In this document: positions 1 to 10,442 of the stretch, piece after piece
How the letters are laid out: every line of letters starts with the position of its first letter
Position numbering within the stretch: position 1 is the first letter of the stretch
NCBI GenBank assembly: GCA_041946805.1
Contig: JBHGBC010000037.1
Location: forward strand, 1 to 43,027
Source of the DNA: a bacterium
GTDB lineage: Bacteria > Hinthialibacterota > Hinthialibacteria > Hinthialibacterales > Hinthialibacteraceae
Direction: 5' to 3'
DNA length: 43,027 nt
Position numbers and translations under genes: made by a program
Notes under the pieces: model-generated
Told to the model about the DNA's origin: nothing
Database searches by the model: none
What the model saw: the letters and a program-made list of their open reading frames with translations, nothing else

Positions 1-23
1 AGCCCAGGGTTTTAACCCTGGGC
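1..23. repeat. Short palindrome (REP-like) AGCCCAGGGTTTTAACCCTGGGC
   Basis: GCCCAGGGTT/AACCCTGGGC inverted repeat; degenerate reverse-complement copy at ~12106-12127 (CCCAGGGTTAAAACCATGAGCT). Confidence 0.6.
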
Positions 24-124
24 CTATAGCGCCGGAGGTACGCACTTGTCGGATGAACCTTAAAAATAGGCACTCTTTCACCCTTGTTATATAATTAAGT
101 AAACATTTTGCCCGGAAAAGACAT

Positions 125-2932
125 TTGTTAAAGCGAACTGGCAAGCCCGATCCCTTTGTTTCCATTCTCCCGTGGATGATGGTGACGGGAGGGATGATTC
201 TGTCCGCTCAGGCGGGCGGGCCGTTGGTTTTACAAGGGAACACGCCCGTACTGTGGCATTCGAGCAGCTATCCGATCGTCTATGCGATTGATCCCGGAAA
301 CCTGGGCCCGGTCTCTCACGCAGAAGCCGCGCTTCTGGTGGAACGGGCGTTTATGACCTGGCAGAGCGTACCGTCCGCGTTCATCCAGTTCCAATCCGGG
401 CCGGATTTGCCGGTGGACATTACGGGGGGCAATTTCCAGATTTTCCTGGACGGCCAGTATAGTGGCAATCCCATCGTTTTTGACGAAGATGGTTCCATCA
501 TCCAGGCCCTGTTCGGCGAGGGCGCCGAGAAAGATTATTTTGGATTCGCGAATCCGGTGCGGTTTTCGGGATACCGTATCACCGCGGCCCAGGCGGTGTT
601 CAATGGATCGATACTTGGCCCGGACGCTTCGCGCACGGATTCCTTGTTTCCCACTATTCTTCACGAATTGGGGCATTTCATCGGTTTGGACCATTCCCAA
701 TTGTTCCGGCATCTGGCCGGGAACGGCGTCGGTTGGGATGATGTCTTCGTGCCGGTCATGCTCCCCACTTCCACGGATGACGAGTCGTACCGGGTCCGGT
801 TGACCGATGAGGACCGCTTCACACTGGCTTCGCTCTATCCTGCCTCGGGGCGGTACAAGCAAACCGGTTTCATCCAGGGCCGTGTGCAACGGGCCGGCCA
901 GGATCTGCCCGGGATCAATGTGATCGCCCGGCTCGTCGGGGCGGTGACCAGCCAGACCTATACCACGGTAACCGGGACGTTTTCGTTAAACCGGGGGGAT
1001 TTTGAATTCCGCGGCCTGCCCCCCGGCGACTACCAGGTCTATATCGAACCGATGGATCCCTTTTACTGGGGATCGTCTTCGGTGGGCCGGTACGCCGGCA
1101 GCGCCATGGACCGCTCGTTTACCTCCCCTCCTCCCGCCCAGTATTACCACGCGGGGGACGGAACCCCGTCCCGTAACGAGTGGTCGCCGGTCTCGGTGCA
1201 GGCGGCACAAACGATTACGGGAATCCAATTTGAGACATTACCTTATAACGCACCCCGGGATGAGATGTACACGCAATTGCTGGGGTATAACCATCCGGAA
1301 GCCGGGGCGGTTCCCGCCTTCGGCCTCTCGGAGTTTCAATATCTCCTCGTCCCTTCGGGTGATGAAGAGGGCATTGCCATCCAGTTGCAGACTCCCTGCC
1401 CGGCCCGGATCGATTTGCTGATCCAACCGGAACGGGCGGCCACCCTGAGCGATGCGGCCTTCCGCTCCAGCCGTAACGGCGCCGTGCAGGCCTGGCTGGG
1501 GCCGAATGGGGACCTTCCCCTGCTGCCCCAGCGGTACTTCATCGCCGCGCGCAACCGGGAGGCTTTTCCGGTCGCGTTCACCCTCATCGCGATTCCCGGC
1601 TTGACCAGGCCGGAACCGGGCGCGTCCACCCCGACGCCCACTCCCTCTTACCCCTTCACGCCCACTCCAACGGCCATCGAAGTCAATCCCAACCTGGGGC
1701 TGGTGTCACTGGATGAGACCGGAGGCGTATATCCTTGCGGCATGGGAGTTCTGAATTTCGATATCGGCATCTCGGATGAATATGGAAATCTCTTGGAACC
1801 AGGCGTTTACGACAAAAAATCCGATCCCGCGGCCCTGCCGCCCCGCCTGACCGCGAACCACGAGTATCTACCCATTGCAATGGATATCGAGTTTTCGGGA
1901 GAATCCGCCCCGGAGGGAAATGGATCGGAAGGTTTTTACCTGTTGATCGGGGGAAATACCGGAGACCTGCCGCCGGTCATCGGACGGCTGGGCGCGGAGG
2001 GAGGAGTCAACCGGGGTGGAATCGATGTCGATAATAATCCAGCGGACAATCTCGATTTCGGGACGTACCAGGGCGATTTCATACCCCTCCGGTATCCAAT
2101 GACCGCCGGAGAGGCCATAAGCAACCTTTTGGTGGATTTGGAACCGGCGGGGAATCAGGGATTCTATGTTTTGGACCGGACCGGCCGGATCTACGCGGAA
2201 GGCACGGCCCGGGAAATCCTGGACCGCGAAAGCCCGCCCGCGATGAATCCGGAAGCGGAGGCGGCGGCTTTGGTGATCTACCGGGGGCGTAGAATTTCCC
2301 TCGCCAACAGCCTGTATAGCCAGGACTTGGCGGGCACGGGGGCGTATATTCTGGACGACTTGGGTGAAATCTACTCTCTAGGGGAAGCGCCAGCGCTGCA
2401 AACCGCGGATTTGCCCCTGCTGACCCCGGACTCTCCGTGGCGCTATCAGGATCTGGAATTGATCCCCAATCCGGAGGGGACGGAATGGATCGGCTTGGGA
2501 GTCATGCGCGGAGACGGTATCATTCTGTTTGTCCCGTTTGATGATGTGGAAATGACGGAACCGCTGCGGGACTACATAGCGAGCCTGAATCCGTTTCATG
2601 GCGGCGCCCAGGGTTTTTCGTTTGACATCGCGCGGGATTTCGATGTGGAAATCCGCGACGAACCGATTTATGGAAAAAACGAACGCGGGGAAACGGTGGC
2701 GTCCCCGGGCCGGAGGATCGGCCTGATCCTGCTGGATGGATTCGGGGGAGTGCATACGGGAGGACGATCGACAAGATATACCGTCCGGCGTAAGGAAGAA
2801 GGGCGTGATCTGCGCTGGATCAACGGATTGACCTACATTCCTTACCCCATCAATCTACCCTATTTTGGAGTTGACGTGACTCAGGATCTGGAAATCGTCC
2901 CGCCCATGCCAACGCCACAAAATCCAAGGTGA
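125..2932 (+). CDS. Secreted metzincin (matrixin/M10-like) zinc metalloprotease with carboxypeptidase-regulatory-like beta domain, Pro/Thr linker and C-terminal repeat domain
   Basis: HELGHFIGLDH zinc motif, Met-turn PVMLP, signal-peptide-like end ILSAQA|GGP, 'FEFRGLPPGDYQVYIEP' beta-sandwich, PTPTP linker. Start uncertain (TTG 125 or ATG ~176). Confidence 0.8.
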   Translation: MLKRTGKPDPFVSILPWMMVTGGMILSAQAGGPLVLQGNTPVLWHSSSYPIVYAIDPGNLGPVSHAEAALLVERAFMTWQSVPSAFIQFQSGPDLPVDITGGNFQIFLDGQYSGNPIVFDEDGSIIQALFGEGAEKDYFGFANPVRFSGYRITAAQAVFNGSILGPDASRTDSLFPTILHELGHFIGLDHSQLFRHLAGNGVGWDDVFVPVMLPTSTDDESYRVRLTDEDRFTLASLYPASGRYKQTGFIQGRVQRAGQDLPGINVIARLVGAVTSQTYTTVTGTFSLNRGDFEFRGLPPGDYQVYIEPMDPFYWGSSSVGRYAGSAMDRSFTSPPPAQYYHAGDGTPSRNEWSPVSVQAAQTITGIQFETLPYNAPRDEMYTQLLGYNHPEAGAVPAFGLSEFQYLLVPSGDEEGIAIQLQTPCPARIDLLIQPERAATLSDAAFRSSRNGAVQAWLGPNGDLPLLPQRYFIAARNREAFPVAFTLIAIPGLTRPEPGASTPTPTPSYPFTPTPTAIEVNPNLGLVSLDETGGVYPCGMGVLNFDIGISDEYGNLLEPGVYDKKSDPAALPPRLTANHEYLPIAMDIEFSGESAPEGNGSEGFYLLIGGNTGDLPPVIGRLGAEGGVNRGGIDVDNNPADNLDFGTYQGDFIPLRYPMTAGEAISNLLVDLEPAGNQGFYVLDRTGRIYAEGTAREILDRESPPAMNPEAEAAALVIYRGRRISLANSLYSQDLAGTGAYILDDLGEIYSLGEAPALQTADLPLLTPDSPWRYQDLELIPNPEGTEWIGLGVMRGDGIILFVPFDDVEMTEPLRDYIASLNPFHGGAQGFSFDIARDFDVEIRDEPIYGKNERGETVASPGRRIGLILLDGFGGVHTGGRSTRYTVRRKEEGRDLRWINGLTYIPYPINLPYFGVDVTQDLEIVPPMPTPQNPR

Positions 2933-2936
2933 TCCC

Positions 2937-4844
2937 TTGAAAACAATCACCCTATCTCTCCCCCGGCGCGGTTCTTCCCCTAGGAAAATCCACCGTCTGA
3001 AAAAAACCGCCATTTTTTTGCTGGCGCCGCTCCTGCTTGCAACCGCCGTTTCTTGGAGCGGGGGGCCGTTGATGTTGAACAACGGGAAAGCGGTGACCTG
3101 GCCGGACTCCATCGGCAAGGTGATCTACGCCATCGATCCGGGACGCCTGGGGCCCCTGACCAGTTCCCGGGCCGCGGCCCTGATCCGGCGGTCGTTCGAT
3201 GCCTGGAAGCCCAACAGCAATTCCCCCTATCTGCAATCCTGGTTGAAGTTCGTCGAGAACTCCGATCCGTTGCCCTTCGATGTCAACGCGGACAATTACC
3301 AGATGCTGCTGAACCAGCTTCCATCTGATATCAATCCCATCATTTTCGATGACAACGGCATGATCGTCGACGATTTGCTGGGCAGCGGAGCCAAGGAGAA
3401 CATACTTGGATTCGCCAGCGTGTTTTCCTCGAACGGCCAAATCGTGGCGGCGCGGGCCATTTTCAACGGCTATTTCATGAAACGGTACAACCAGACGGAA
3501 GAGGAAATCTACTCGACGGTGCTGCACGAGATCGGCCACATGTGCGGCCTGGACCACACCCAGCATTCGCGCCATCTGGCGTTTGACGGCATCGCCGGCG
3601 ACGACAAGCCGGTTTCGATCATGTTTCCCACCGCCACCGACAGCGACAATCTGCGCGATCAACCCACCTTCGACGACCAGATCTCCATCTCCAACCTTTA
3701 CCCCACGGTCACGCACCGGAACAATACCGGAAGCCTGGCGGGCCTGGTCAGCCGCTCCAACCAGGGCCTGGCCGGTGTGAACGTGATCGCCCGCGATTCC
3801 ACCGATCCGGTCAACAAAGTGGCCACCACCGTCACCGGCACGTACGAACTCAACCGGGGCACCTACGTGCTGAACGGCCTGCCGCCCGGCCTGTATTCCA
3901 TCATGGTGGAGGCGATCGACAAGCAATTCACGGGGACTTCCAGCGTGGGGCCTTACTCCCAAACCAGCAACAACGCCTCGTTCCGGAGTCCAGTCAAGGC
4001 CGAATTCTACAATTCCAACGACCAAGCCACGGAAGGGCGCAGCGCCCTGACCCTCGTGAAGGTGGACCGCCTGAAAACCTCGGCGAATATCAACCTCAAC
4101 GTGGACAACGCCCTTCAGCCCAGCGATGAAACGCAGATCGAACTGTTGGGCATCGGAACGCTGTCGGCGGGGGGAGCGCGCCGCTCCAGTTATTCGATCG
4201 AATATTTATTGAATCCCAACGGGGACGAAGGTAATCTGGAGATCAAGGTCCGGTTCCCCACTGTGATCAGTTACGGCTTCCGGATCCGCCGCGAAACTTC
4301 GGCGGGACAATTCGACACACAAACCTTCAACCGCCGGGGACAGGAAGGCACACTGATCATCGGACAGAATGGTGAACTCCCCTTGCTACACGCCCGCTAT
4401 TTTCTCTCGGTGGGGAACCTGGGCGCCGCGGACACGACCTTCACCATCTCGGCCGCGCTCGTGACCGTGCTTCCCACCCCCACTCCCTTGCCGGAACCGA
4501 CCGCTACACCTACCCGCACCCCCACACGGACAGTCACACCGACCCGCACGCCCACCCGCACCCCCACATCCCGGGCCACCAACACCCCCGGACCGGCATT
4601 CACTCCCACACCAATGGCCACTCCCACGCCTCCCCTGGCCGGGGGGGATGTCAACAACGACGGAATCGTCAACGCGATGGATGTATTCTCATTCGCGCAG
4701 GATTGGCAAAAGGGAAGTGGATGGATCTTTCAATCCGATCTCTCACCGGACGCCGCCCCCCTGATCGACCACACGGACCTGCTCCGGTTAATCCAACAGA
4801 TTCACGCGGCTCAGCAAGCCAACACCGCGAAGGCGCATCCCTGA
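2937..4844 (+). CDS. Secreted metzincin zinc metalloprotease, paralog of the upstream gene, with Pro/Thr linker and C-terminal dockerin-like EF-hand module
   Basis: HEIGHMCGLDH, SIMFP Met-turn, long PTRTPT linker, GDVNNDGIVNAMD and DLSPD...IDHTDL Ca-loop pair; TTG start 4 nt after the upstream stop, preceded by AAGGTGA. Confidence 0.82.
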   Translation: MKTITLSLPRRGSSPRKIHRLKKTAIFLLAPLLLATAVSWSGGPLMLNNGKAVTWPDSIGKVIYAIDPGRLGPLTSSRAAALIRRSFDAWKPNSNSPYLQSWLKFVENSDPLPFDVNADNYQMLLNQLPSDINPIIFDDNGMIVDDLLGSGAKENILGFASVFSSNGQIVAARAIFNGYFMKRYNQTEEEIYSTVLHEIGHMCGLDHTQHSRHLAFDGIAGDDKPVSIMFPTATDSDNLRDQPTFDDQISISNLYPTVTHRNNTGSLAGLVSRSNQGLAGVNVIARDSTDPVNKVATTVTGTYELNRGTYVLNGLPPGLYSIMVEAIDKQFTGTSSVGPYSQTSNNASFRSPVKAEFYNSNDQATEGRSALTLVKVDRLKTSANINLNVDNALQPSDETQIELLGIGTLSAGGARRSSYSIEYLLNPNGDEGNLEIKVRFPTVISYGFRIRRETSAGQFDTQTFNRRGQEGTLIIGQNGELPLLHARYFLSVGNLGAADTTFTISAALVTVLPTPTPLPEPTATPTRTPTRTVTPTRTPTRTPTSRATNTPGPAFTPTPMATPTPPLAGGDVNNDGIVNAMDVFSFAQDWQKGSGWIFQSDLSPDAAPLIDHTDLLRLIQQIHAAQQANTAKAHP

Positions 4845-4854
4845 GGGAGAAGCC

Positions 4855-6414
4855 CTACGCCGGCGCCTTGGAGTTCACGCCGGCTCCGGCGGTGATCCAG
4901 CGGCGCAGTTCTTTTTTCTCGATGGTCCCCTTGGCGGTCTTGGGCATGGCGTCCAAAAACGTGAAGCCTTCGGGGATTTTGTACTCGGCCAGATGTTCAC
5001 GGCAGAATTTGCGCAGATCGCCTTCAGTGACTTTCCCCTTGGCCTCTTCCGCCAGGACTACATATGCCTGGGGCACCTCGGACCGCAATTGGTTCGGTTT
5101 GGCCACCACCGCCGCCTCCAGCACGCCGGGATGCTTGAGCAGCGTCTCCTCGATCTCGCGGGGATAGATGTTTTCCCCACCGCAAACAATCAAGTCCTTC
5201 AGGCGTCCCACGATTTTGATGTATCCATCCTCGCCGATGGAGGCCAAGTCGCCGGTGCGCAGCCATCCATCCGGATAGAACACCCGGCGGGTTTCTTCCT
5301 CGTTTTTGTAGTATTCCTTCATGACCAAGTCGCCACGCACGCAGAGTTCGCCGATCTGATCGGGTCCGAGAACCTCGCCCGCCTCATTCCGGACCTCCAC
5401 TTCCACACCGGGCAGGGGCGGCCCGATGGTCCCCAACTTATTCCGGCCGGGCCGGTTGTACGCGACCACCGGCGAGGTTTCCGTCAGGCCATAGCCTTCC
5501 AAGATTTCATGGTTGAATTTTTTCTGGAACGCGATGGCGACATCCACGGGCAGGGGACCGCCCCCCGACACCATGAACCGGAGATGGTGCCGCCCGGCGA
5601 TGTCATCGGGCGCGAAACGGGTGACCATGAAGAACATGGGAGGGACCGCGGCAAAGACGATATTCGGTTCCGTGACGAACGCCTCCAGAATCCGCTGCGG
5701 CGCGAATTGCGGATAGAGAATCACCCGCGCGCCCATCAGCAGCGATCCGAACACGATGACGGTCATGGCGTAGGTGTGATAAAGGGGCAGGCAGCACAAG
5801 AAGGTATCGGTGGGCCGCAGATCCAGCGCCTGCGAAAACGACACCGTGTTGGTATAAATATTCTTGTGAGTCAACACCACGCCCTTGGGTTCGCCGGTGG
5901 TGCCCGACGTGTAGAGAATCATGGAGGGATCATCGTCTCCCGCCGCGGGCGCGAAAGAGGCCGGATCCGGCGAGGGATATTGCAGCAATTCAGGAATGGA
6001 GAGGCATTCCATTTTCTGGCTGGAGTCGCGGACCGCTTGTTCGGCTTTCTCCTTTAATAACGGATCGTAGAGCAGGACACGGGGTTCGGCGTGCCGGATG
6101 AGAAGCCCGATTTCCTGCGGATTCAAAAGCGGATTCAAGGGGACGGCGATGTGACCCGCGCCCAGCAGGCCGAACAGGCCGAAGACAAAATTGGGGGTGT
6201 TGGGCGTCAGCAGAGCGACGTTGCGCCGCTCCCGGTACCCCCGCTGGATCAGGGCATGACCCACGATGTTGCTGTTCCCCAGGAACTCCCGGTACGTAAA
6301 CGAGCCGCCTTCAAAAACATAGGCGGTATCACCGGAACAACGTCGCTCCGTTTGCAATAAAAGGGAATACAATTCCATGGATGGAATCATCTCCTGGCAA
6401 TCAATCCAAAACAT
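4855..6414 (-). CDS. Long-chain fatty-acid--CoA ligase (AMP-binding, ANL family)
   Basis: YTSGTTGEPKG P-loop, EGYGLTE, RTGDLA, GRLKDLI; start may be the later Met (MELYSLL). Confidence 0.92.
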   Translation of the reverse strand: MFWIDCQEMIPSMELYSLLLQTERRCSGDTAYVFEGGSFTYREFLGNSNIVGHALIQRGYRERRNVALLTPNTPNFVFGLFGLLGAGHIAVPLNPLLNPQEIGLLIRHAEPRVLLYDPLLKEKAEQAVRDSSQKMECLSIPELLQYPSPDPASFAPAAGDDDPSMILYTSGTTGEPKGVVLTHKNIYTNTVSFSQALDLRPTDTFLCCLPLYHTYAMTVIVFGSLLMGARVILYPQFAPQRILEAFVTEPNIVFAAVPPMFFMVTRFAPDDIAGRHHLRFMVSGGGPLPVDVAIAFQKKFNHEILEGYGLTETSPVVAYNRPGRNKLGTIGPPLPGVEVEVRNEAGEVLGPDQIGELCVRGDLVMKEYYKNEEETRRVFYPDGWLRTGDLASIGEDGYIKIVGRLKDLIVCGGENIYPREIEETLLKHPGVLEAAVVAKPNQLRSEVPQAYVVLAEEAKGKVTEGDLRKFCREHLAEYKIPEGFTFLDAMPKTAKGTIEKKELRRWITAGAGVNSKAPA

Positions 6415-6691
6415 TGCGGTAAGGATACCACAAGGTTACGAAAAAGGAATGTGGAGAGGAGAATGCCCGGAGGAGATTGGGGAGGGAAGTGGCGCGGGCT
6501 TCCAGCCCGTGAATCAGCCTCTCATGGCATGGAAGGCCAAGCCCTTAGGGGGGCGAGGGATGACTCTTTCAAAACGATTTCCCTTATGCAATAACCATCC
6601 CAACGTTCCCGTCGAAAACCAGGGCGCGTTGCAACGCCCCCCTGCGAGTACGGAATGATATGCGAATAACCACGCCGTACGCTTGGAATGA

Positions 6692-7600
6692 TCACCCCTC
6701 CGCCCCGTGGTGGCCTTTTCCGAAACGAAGTTCGAAAAAATTCACCTCGGGACGGCAATTGAACCGCGGATAAGTGAGCGGGCTGGAACCCAGACCCCGC
6801 GTGGTGTAATAGACGGTCCCGTTCAGCCGGTTCAGGCCGTACGCCATTTCGCGGGGGGCGTGCGTCCGGGTGATCAACGGCCCGAAGAAGGGCAGGCAGA
6901 CCTGCCCGCCGTGCGTATGGCCCGAGAAGACCATGTCCACGCCCCGCCCGGAGAGTTGGTCATACCGGCAGGGGGAGTGGATCAAGGCCAGGCAAGGCCC
7001 CTGTTTCTCGAATCCCCGGAAGGTGGCCTCGATGTCGTCGTGGCGCGTATAGGGATCGTCCACGCCGGCGATGGTGACCGGCACGCCGTCGATCGTCACC
7101 TGAATCCGTTCGTTCCGCAGCACGATGATGCCCAGCTCGCACAGTCCCCGCACCAGGCGGTCCACGTCGTTGGGAGTGCGGCCCTTTTCGCCGATCACCG
7201 CGCCGGTGCGGTGAAACAAGTTCCGCCATTTGACGTGCATGTAATCGTGGTTGCCCAGGGTCGCGTAAATGCCATGGGGCGCTTGCATAGGCCGGAGGGC
7301 TTTCAGACAGAGTTCGATTCCCTGGTCGTTGTCGATCAGGTCGCCGGTGATGAAGATCATATCCACCGGTTCCCCGGCCAAGCGGGCCAAAAAGCGCTGA
7401 CGGTATTGGCTGCCGCGGTAAAAGTGAAAATCAGACAGATGCAGAATCTGCAAGGGACGCATGGGACGGCCCGTCAGATGGATGGTTTGGCGCCGGATTC
7501 GGCACCAGCGCGGTTCGATCAGCCAACTATACGCGGTCAGCCCCGCCACGGCCGCCGCCGCTGTTTCCAACATCATCATCCAATTCCTTTTCTCAGCCAT
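6692..7600 (-). CDS. Metallophosphoesterase (YkuE/YaeI-like, calcineurin-like fold) with N-terminal membrane anchor
   Basis: HLSDFH, GDLID, LGNHD, HSP and SGHTHGGQ motifs. Confidence 0.9.
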   Translation of the reverse strand: MAEKRNWMMMLETAAAAVAGLTAYSWLIEPRWCRIRRQTIHLTGRPMRPLQILHLSDFHFYRGSQYRQRFLARLAGEPVDMIFITGDLIDNDQGIELCLKALRPMQAPHGIYATLGNHDYMHVKWRNLFHRTGAVIGEKGRTPNDVDRLVRGLCELGIIVLRNERIQVTIDGVPVTIAGVDDPYTRHDDIEATFRGFEKQGPCLALIHSPCRYDQLSGRGVDMVFSGHTHGGQVCLPFFGPLITRTHAPREMAYGLNRLNGTVYYTTRGLGSSPLTYPRFNCRPEVNFFELRFGKGHHGAEG

Positions 7601-7763
7601 CGCGTGAGCATGGATTACGATTTCGTCTTTTCAGAGTTTACCGGGAATCTTCCCCGCGCAAGGGCAGAAAACAATCACGCGGACTGTTTCCTGGAATATG
7701 GTAATCCGAATAACTGCATGTGAATAGTCTCTCATCCCCGGCCGCTCTCCCTGCGAATCCATT

Positions 7764-7920
7764 CCTCTCCCTCTGGGAGAGGATTAGGGTCAGGGAGGCC
7801 CTGAAAGGGCGTATTCATCCTTTCTCTGCAATCGCATGAATGAATGCTTTCCGACAGGGGTGGCCATTCCCATCGGATCGATCCCCTCACCCCGGCCCTC
7901 TCCCAGAGGGAGAGAGGGGA
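7764..7920. repeat. Composite REP-like element: forward CCCTCTCCC-GGGAGAGG unit plus inverted unit
   Basis: 7764-7826 CCTCTCCCTCTGGGAGAGGATTAGGGTCAGGGAGGCCCTGAAAGGGC...ATTCATCCTTTCTC; 7883-7920 is the reverse-complement type; siblings at 12024, 12223, 13322, 14857, 41632. Confidence 0.8.
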
Positions 7921-8176
7921 GAAGAGGAACGTTATCGGGTGTGCTTACCGGCAAGTTGCCTGCGCAAGACATTTTCGCTTATAGGCGGCTCCTTGCGTTC
8001 CATCCCAACGAGGCCGGGAGCGTGCGGCGAAAAATGGTCCATATGCCTCCCCCCTATCCTGATTTAGAGTATATCATCTGGAATCAGGTTAAGATCATAA
8101 GCCGCCTTTTTTCGATCGGCCCTTGTTGGATATTCCCGGTTGCAATATCGGAAAAACGGATGGGGAATTGTAGATT

Positions 8177-10441
8177 ATGGCCCATGATTTTTTACTCGCG
8201 CTGGTCTGGTATTTGACGCTCACCTGCTTCGGCATCGTCGTGCTGCCCCTGTCCATGATGATGTTCCGCCGGATGCCGGACGGGGGGATCCTGCTGGCGC
8301 GGCCTCTGGGCTGGCTGTTGATCGCCTTCTTTTCGTGGTGGGCCTCGTTTATCCTGCTGCCCTTCAACCGCTTCGGCATTCTGTTGACCGGATTGCTCTT
8401 GTTCGGCCTCTCGTTGTTTCTTCTCCGCCGGAATCCCGCGTGGTTTGAGCGGCGTTGGCGGATCCACTGGCGGACCGCCCGGAACGGCGAGATCGTCACC
8501 CTCCTCTTCTTCCTCCTGGTTCTGATGGTCCGGCGCCATGATCCCACAATCGACTCTACCGAGAAGCCCATGGACATGATGATACTGGCCGGATTGACCG
8601 TGGCGCGGCAGATCCCCCCGCCCGATCCCTGGCTGGCGGGATTCCCCATCAACTATCACTACGGCGGTTACCTGCTCCATGCCCTCCCCGCCCAGCTGAC
8701 GGGGATCAAGCCCGAATACGCGTACAACCTGGCGATCCCCAGCGCCGCGGCCCTGGCGGCGGCCATCGCCTTCGTGACCGGCCGGGCGTTGTTCGGCCGC
8801 TGCCGGATGGGAATCATCACGCCGGTGGGCATCTTTTTGACCGGCAATCTGGCCGGACTCACGGTGATGTTTTCCTACATGGCGTTTCCCCATACTCTGT
8901 TCGAGTGGCGGAACGGATTTTTGTGGAAAACCTCGCGGGTGATATTCGACAACGGCGGGGAAACCATCAACGAATACCCGTTTTTCACGATGGTGTGGGG
9001 CGACCTGCATCCTCACTTTTCGGATATGCCTTTCCTGTTGCTTTTCCTCGCCCTGTGCCTGGCGCTGTTGTTGACCCTGCTGGCTTATCCACCCCGGCGC
9101 ACGCTGCCCTACGCGTGGCCGTTAATCGCGGGACTGATGATTTCCGGCGCTTTCATCCTTCCCACAAATGTTTTCGATTTTCCCATCGTCATGATTTTCT
9201 ATGCCGCCGTGGTGTTCCACGCTCTGGGCTATTGGATCACTCAGCGTACGGGCCGGTGGAACGATGCGTTGCACACGGGCAGCCTCTTGACCCTCCCGCT
9301 GATCAGTTACGCGCTGGCGCTGCCGTTCTGGCTGTATTTCCAATCGCCCAACGAGGAACGGCTGATCCGGTTCACCGAGTTTCATACCGAGTTCATCGAG
9401 TTCCTCCAGGTCTTCGGACCGCATGCGGCCGCCTCGCTCGCCGTTGTTTTCGCCGGGATTTATGGATATTGGCAATCCGGAGCGCGCGAGGAGACCGCGT
9501 TTGTATTGGCCCTGGCCGGTCTCGCGTTCGCCGTGGCCTGGGCTTGGTTCGGTTATTTCGTCAGCGCCCTGACGCCCGTTCTGGCCTTGGCGTTTTGGAT
9601 CCTGGCGGCGATGGTTATCTATCCGCGCCACGGCCAAGCGGCTGGAACACCGGAAATCCTGGATTTGTTCGCGCTCCTGGCCTGCGCGCTGGCCTGGTCG
9701 ATGATCGCCGGCTGCGAATTCATTTATTTAAAGGATAACTACGGCGTGGCCCGCATGAACACGCTGTTCAAGATCCATTTCCCCGCCTGGTTCCTGCTGG
9801 GGACCGGACTGCCGTACCTCGTGTACCGCGCCTGGAAACAAGCGCTGCCGTTCGTGCCGCGCCTGTTCGCGTTCACGCCAGTGTTTCTCCTGTTTTCATT
9901 GTCTCTTCTGCCCCCGGCGTTTTTCCTGGGATCCTTGTTCCGGTTGCAGGAACCGCAGCGGATCGTCACGCTGAACGGACTCGCCTCGCTCGAGCGCGAC
10001 CGCCCGTTTCATTACGAGATGATCGAGTGGATCCGCGCCTTCACCCGCCCCTCCGACGTGATTCTCGAAGTCCCGGGATGCAGTTATTGGTTCGAGAGCA
10101 CGATTTCCGCCTTCACGGGGCGGCCGTCGGTCGTCGGTTGGGCCGGGCATGAATTGCTCTGGCGGCCGTCGAAACTGGATGGCGAGGTGACGCAACGCAA
10201 ACAAGACGCGGACCGCTTCTACACCACCGCCGACTGGCCGGAAGCCCAAGCCATCCTCAAAAAATATAACGTCCGCTATGTAGTGTTCATCCCGCCGGAA
10301 TGCCGGGAAACCCAGCCCCTGGCGGTCCAGATGCGCCAGGGCGTGTTCCGCCAACACCTGCCGCCGGTCACCGGTCAAAATGGCCGCCCTGCCTTTCTCC
10401 AAGGCCAATACGAATTGTACAAAGTCCCGGATGGATTGTGA
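8177..10441 (+). CDS. DUF2298 / Chlor_Arch_YYY-type polytopic membrane protein (putative GT-C-like)
   Basis: Many TM helices; EKPMD, PPPDPWLAG, INYHYGGY, TINEYPFFT..GDLHPH, RMNTLFK and VVGWAGHE motifs recalled for this family. Confidence 0.8.
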   Translation: MAHDFLLALVWYLTLTCFGIVVLPLSMMMFRRMPDGGILLARPLGWLLIAFFSWWASFILLPFNRFGILLTGLLLFGLSLFLLRRNPAWFERRWRIHWRTARNGEIVTLLFFLLVLMVRRHDPTIDSTEKPMDMMILAGLTVARQIPPPDPWLAGFPINYHYGGYLLHALPAQLTGIKPEYAYNLAIPSAAALAAAIAFVTGRALFGRCRMGIITPVGIFLTGNLAGLTVMFSYMAFPHTLFEWRNGFLWKTSRVIFDNGGETINEYPFFTMVWGDLHPHFSDMPFLLLFLALCLALLLTLLAYPPRRTLPYAWPLIAGLMISGAFILPTNVFDFPIVMIFYAAVVFHALGYWITQRTGRWNDALHTGSLLTLPLISYALALPFWLYFQSPNEERLIRFTEFHTEFIEFLQVFGPHAAASLAVVFAGIYGYWQSGAREETAFVLALAGLAFAVAWAWFGYFVSALTPVLALAFWILAAMVIYPRHGQAAGTPEILDLFALLACALAWSMIAGCEFIYLKDNYGVARMNTLFKIHFPAWFLLGTGLPYLVYRAWKQALPFVPRLFAFTPVFLLFSLSLLPPAFFLGSLFRLQEPQRIVTLNGLASLERDRPFHYEMIEWIRAFTRPSDVILEVPGCSYWFESTISAFTGRPSVVGWAGHELLWRPSKLDGEVTQRKQDADRFYTTADWPEAQAILKKYNVRYVVFIPPECRETQPLAVQMRQGVFRQHLPPVTGQNGRPAFLQGQYELYKVPDGL

Positions 10442-10442
10442 A

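Noticed and set aside
4470..4635. DNA-level repeat element in the second protease gene
   Set aside because: It is the coding sequence of a Pro/Thr linker with varied codons.
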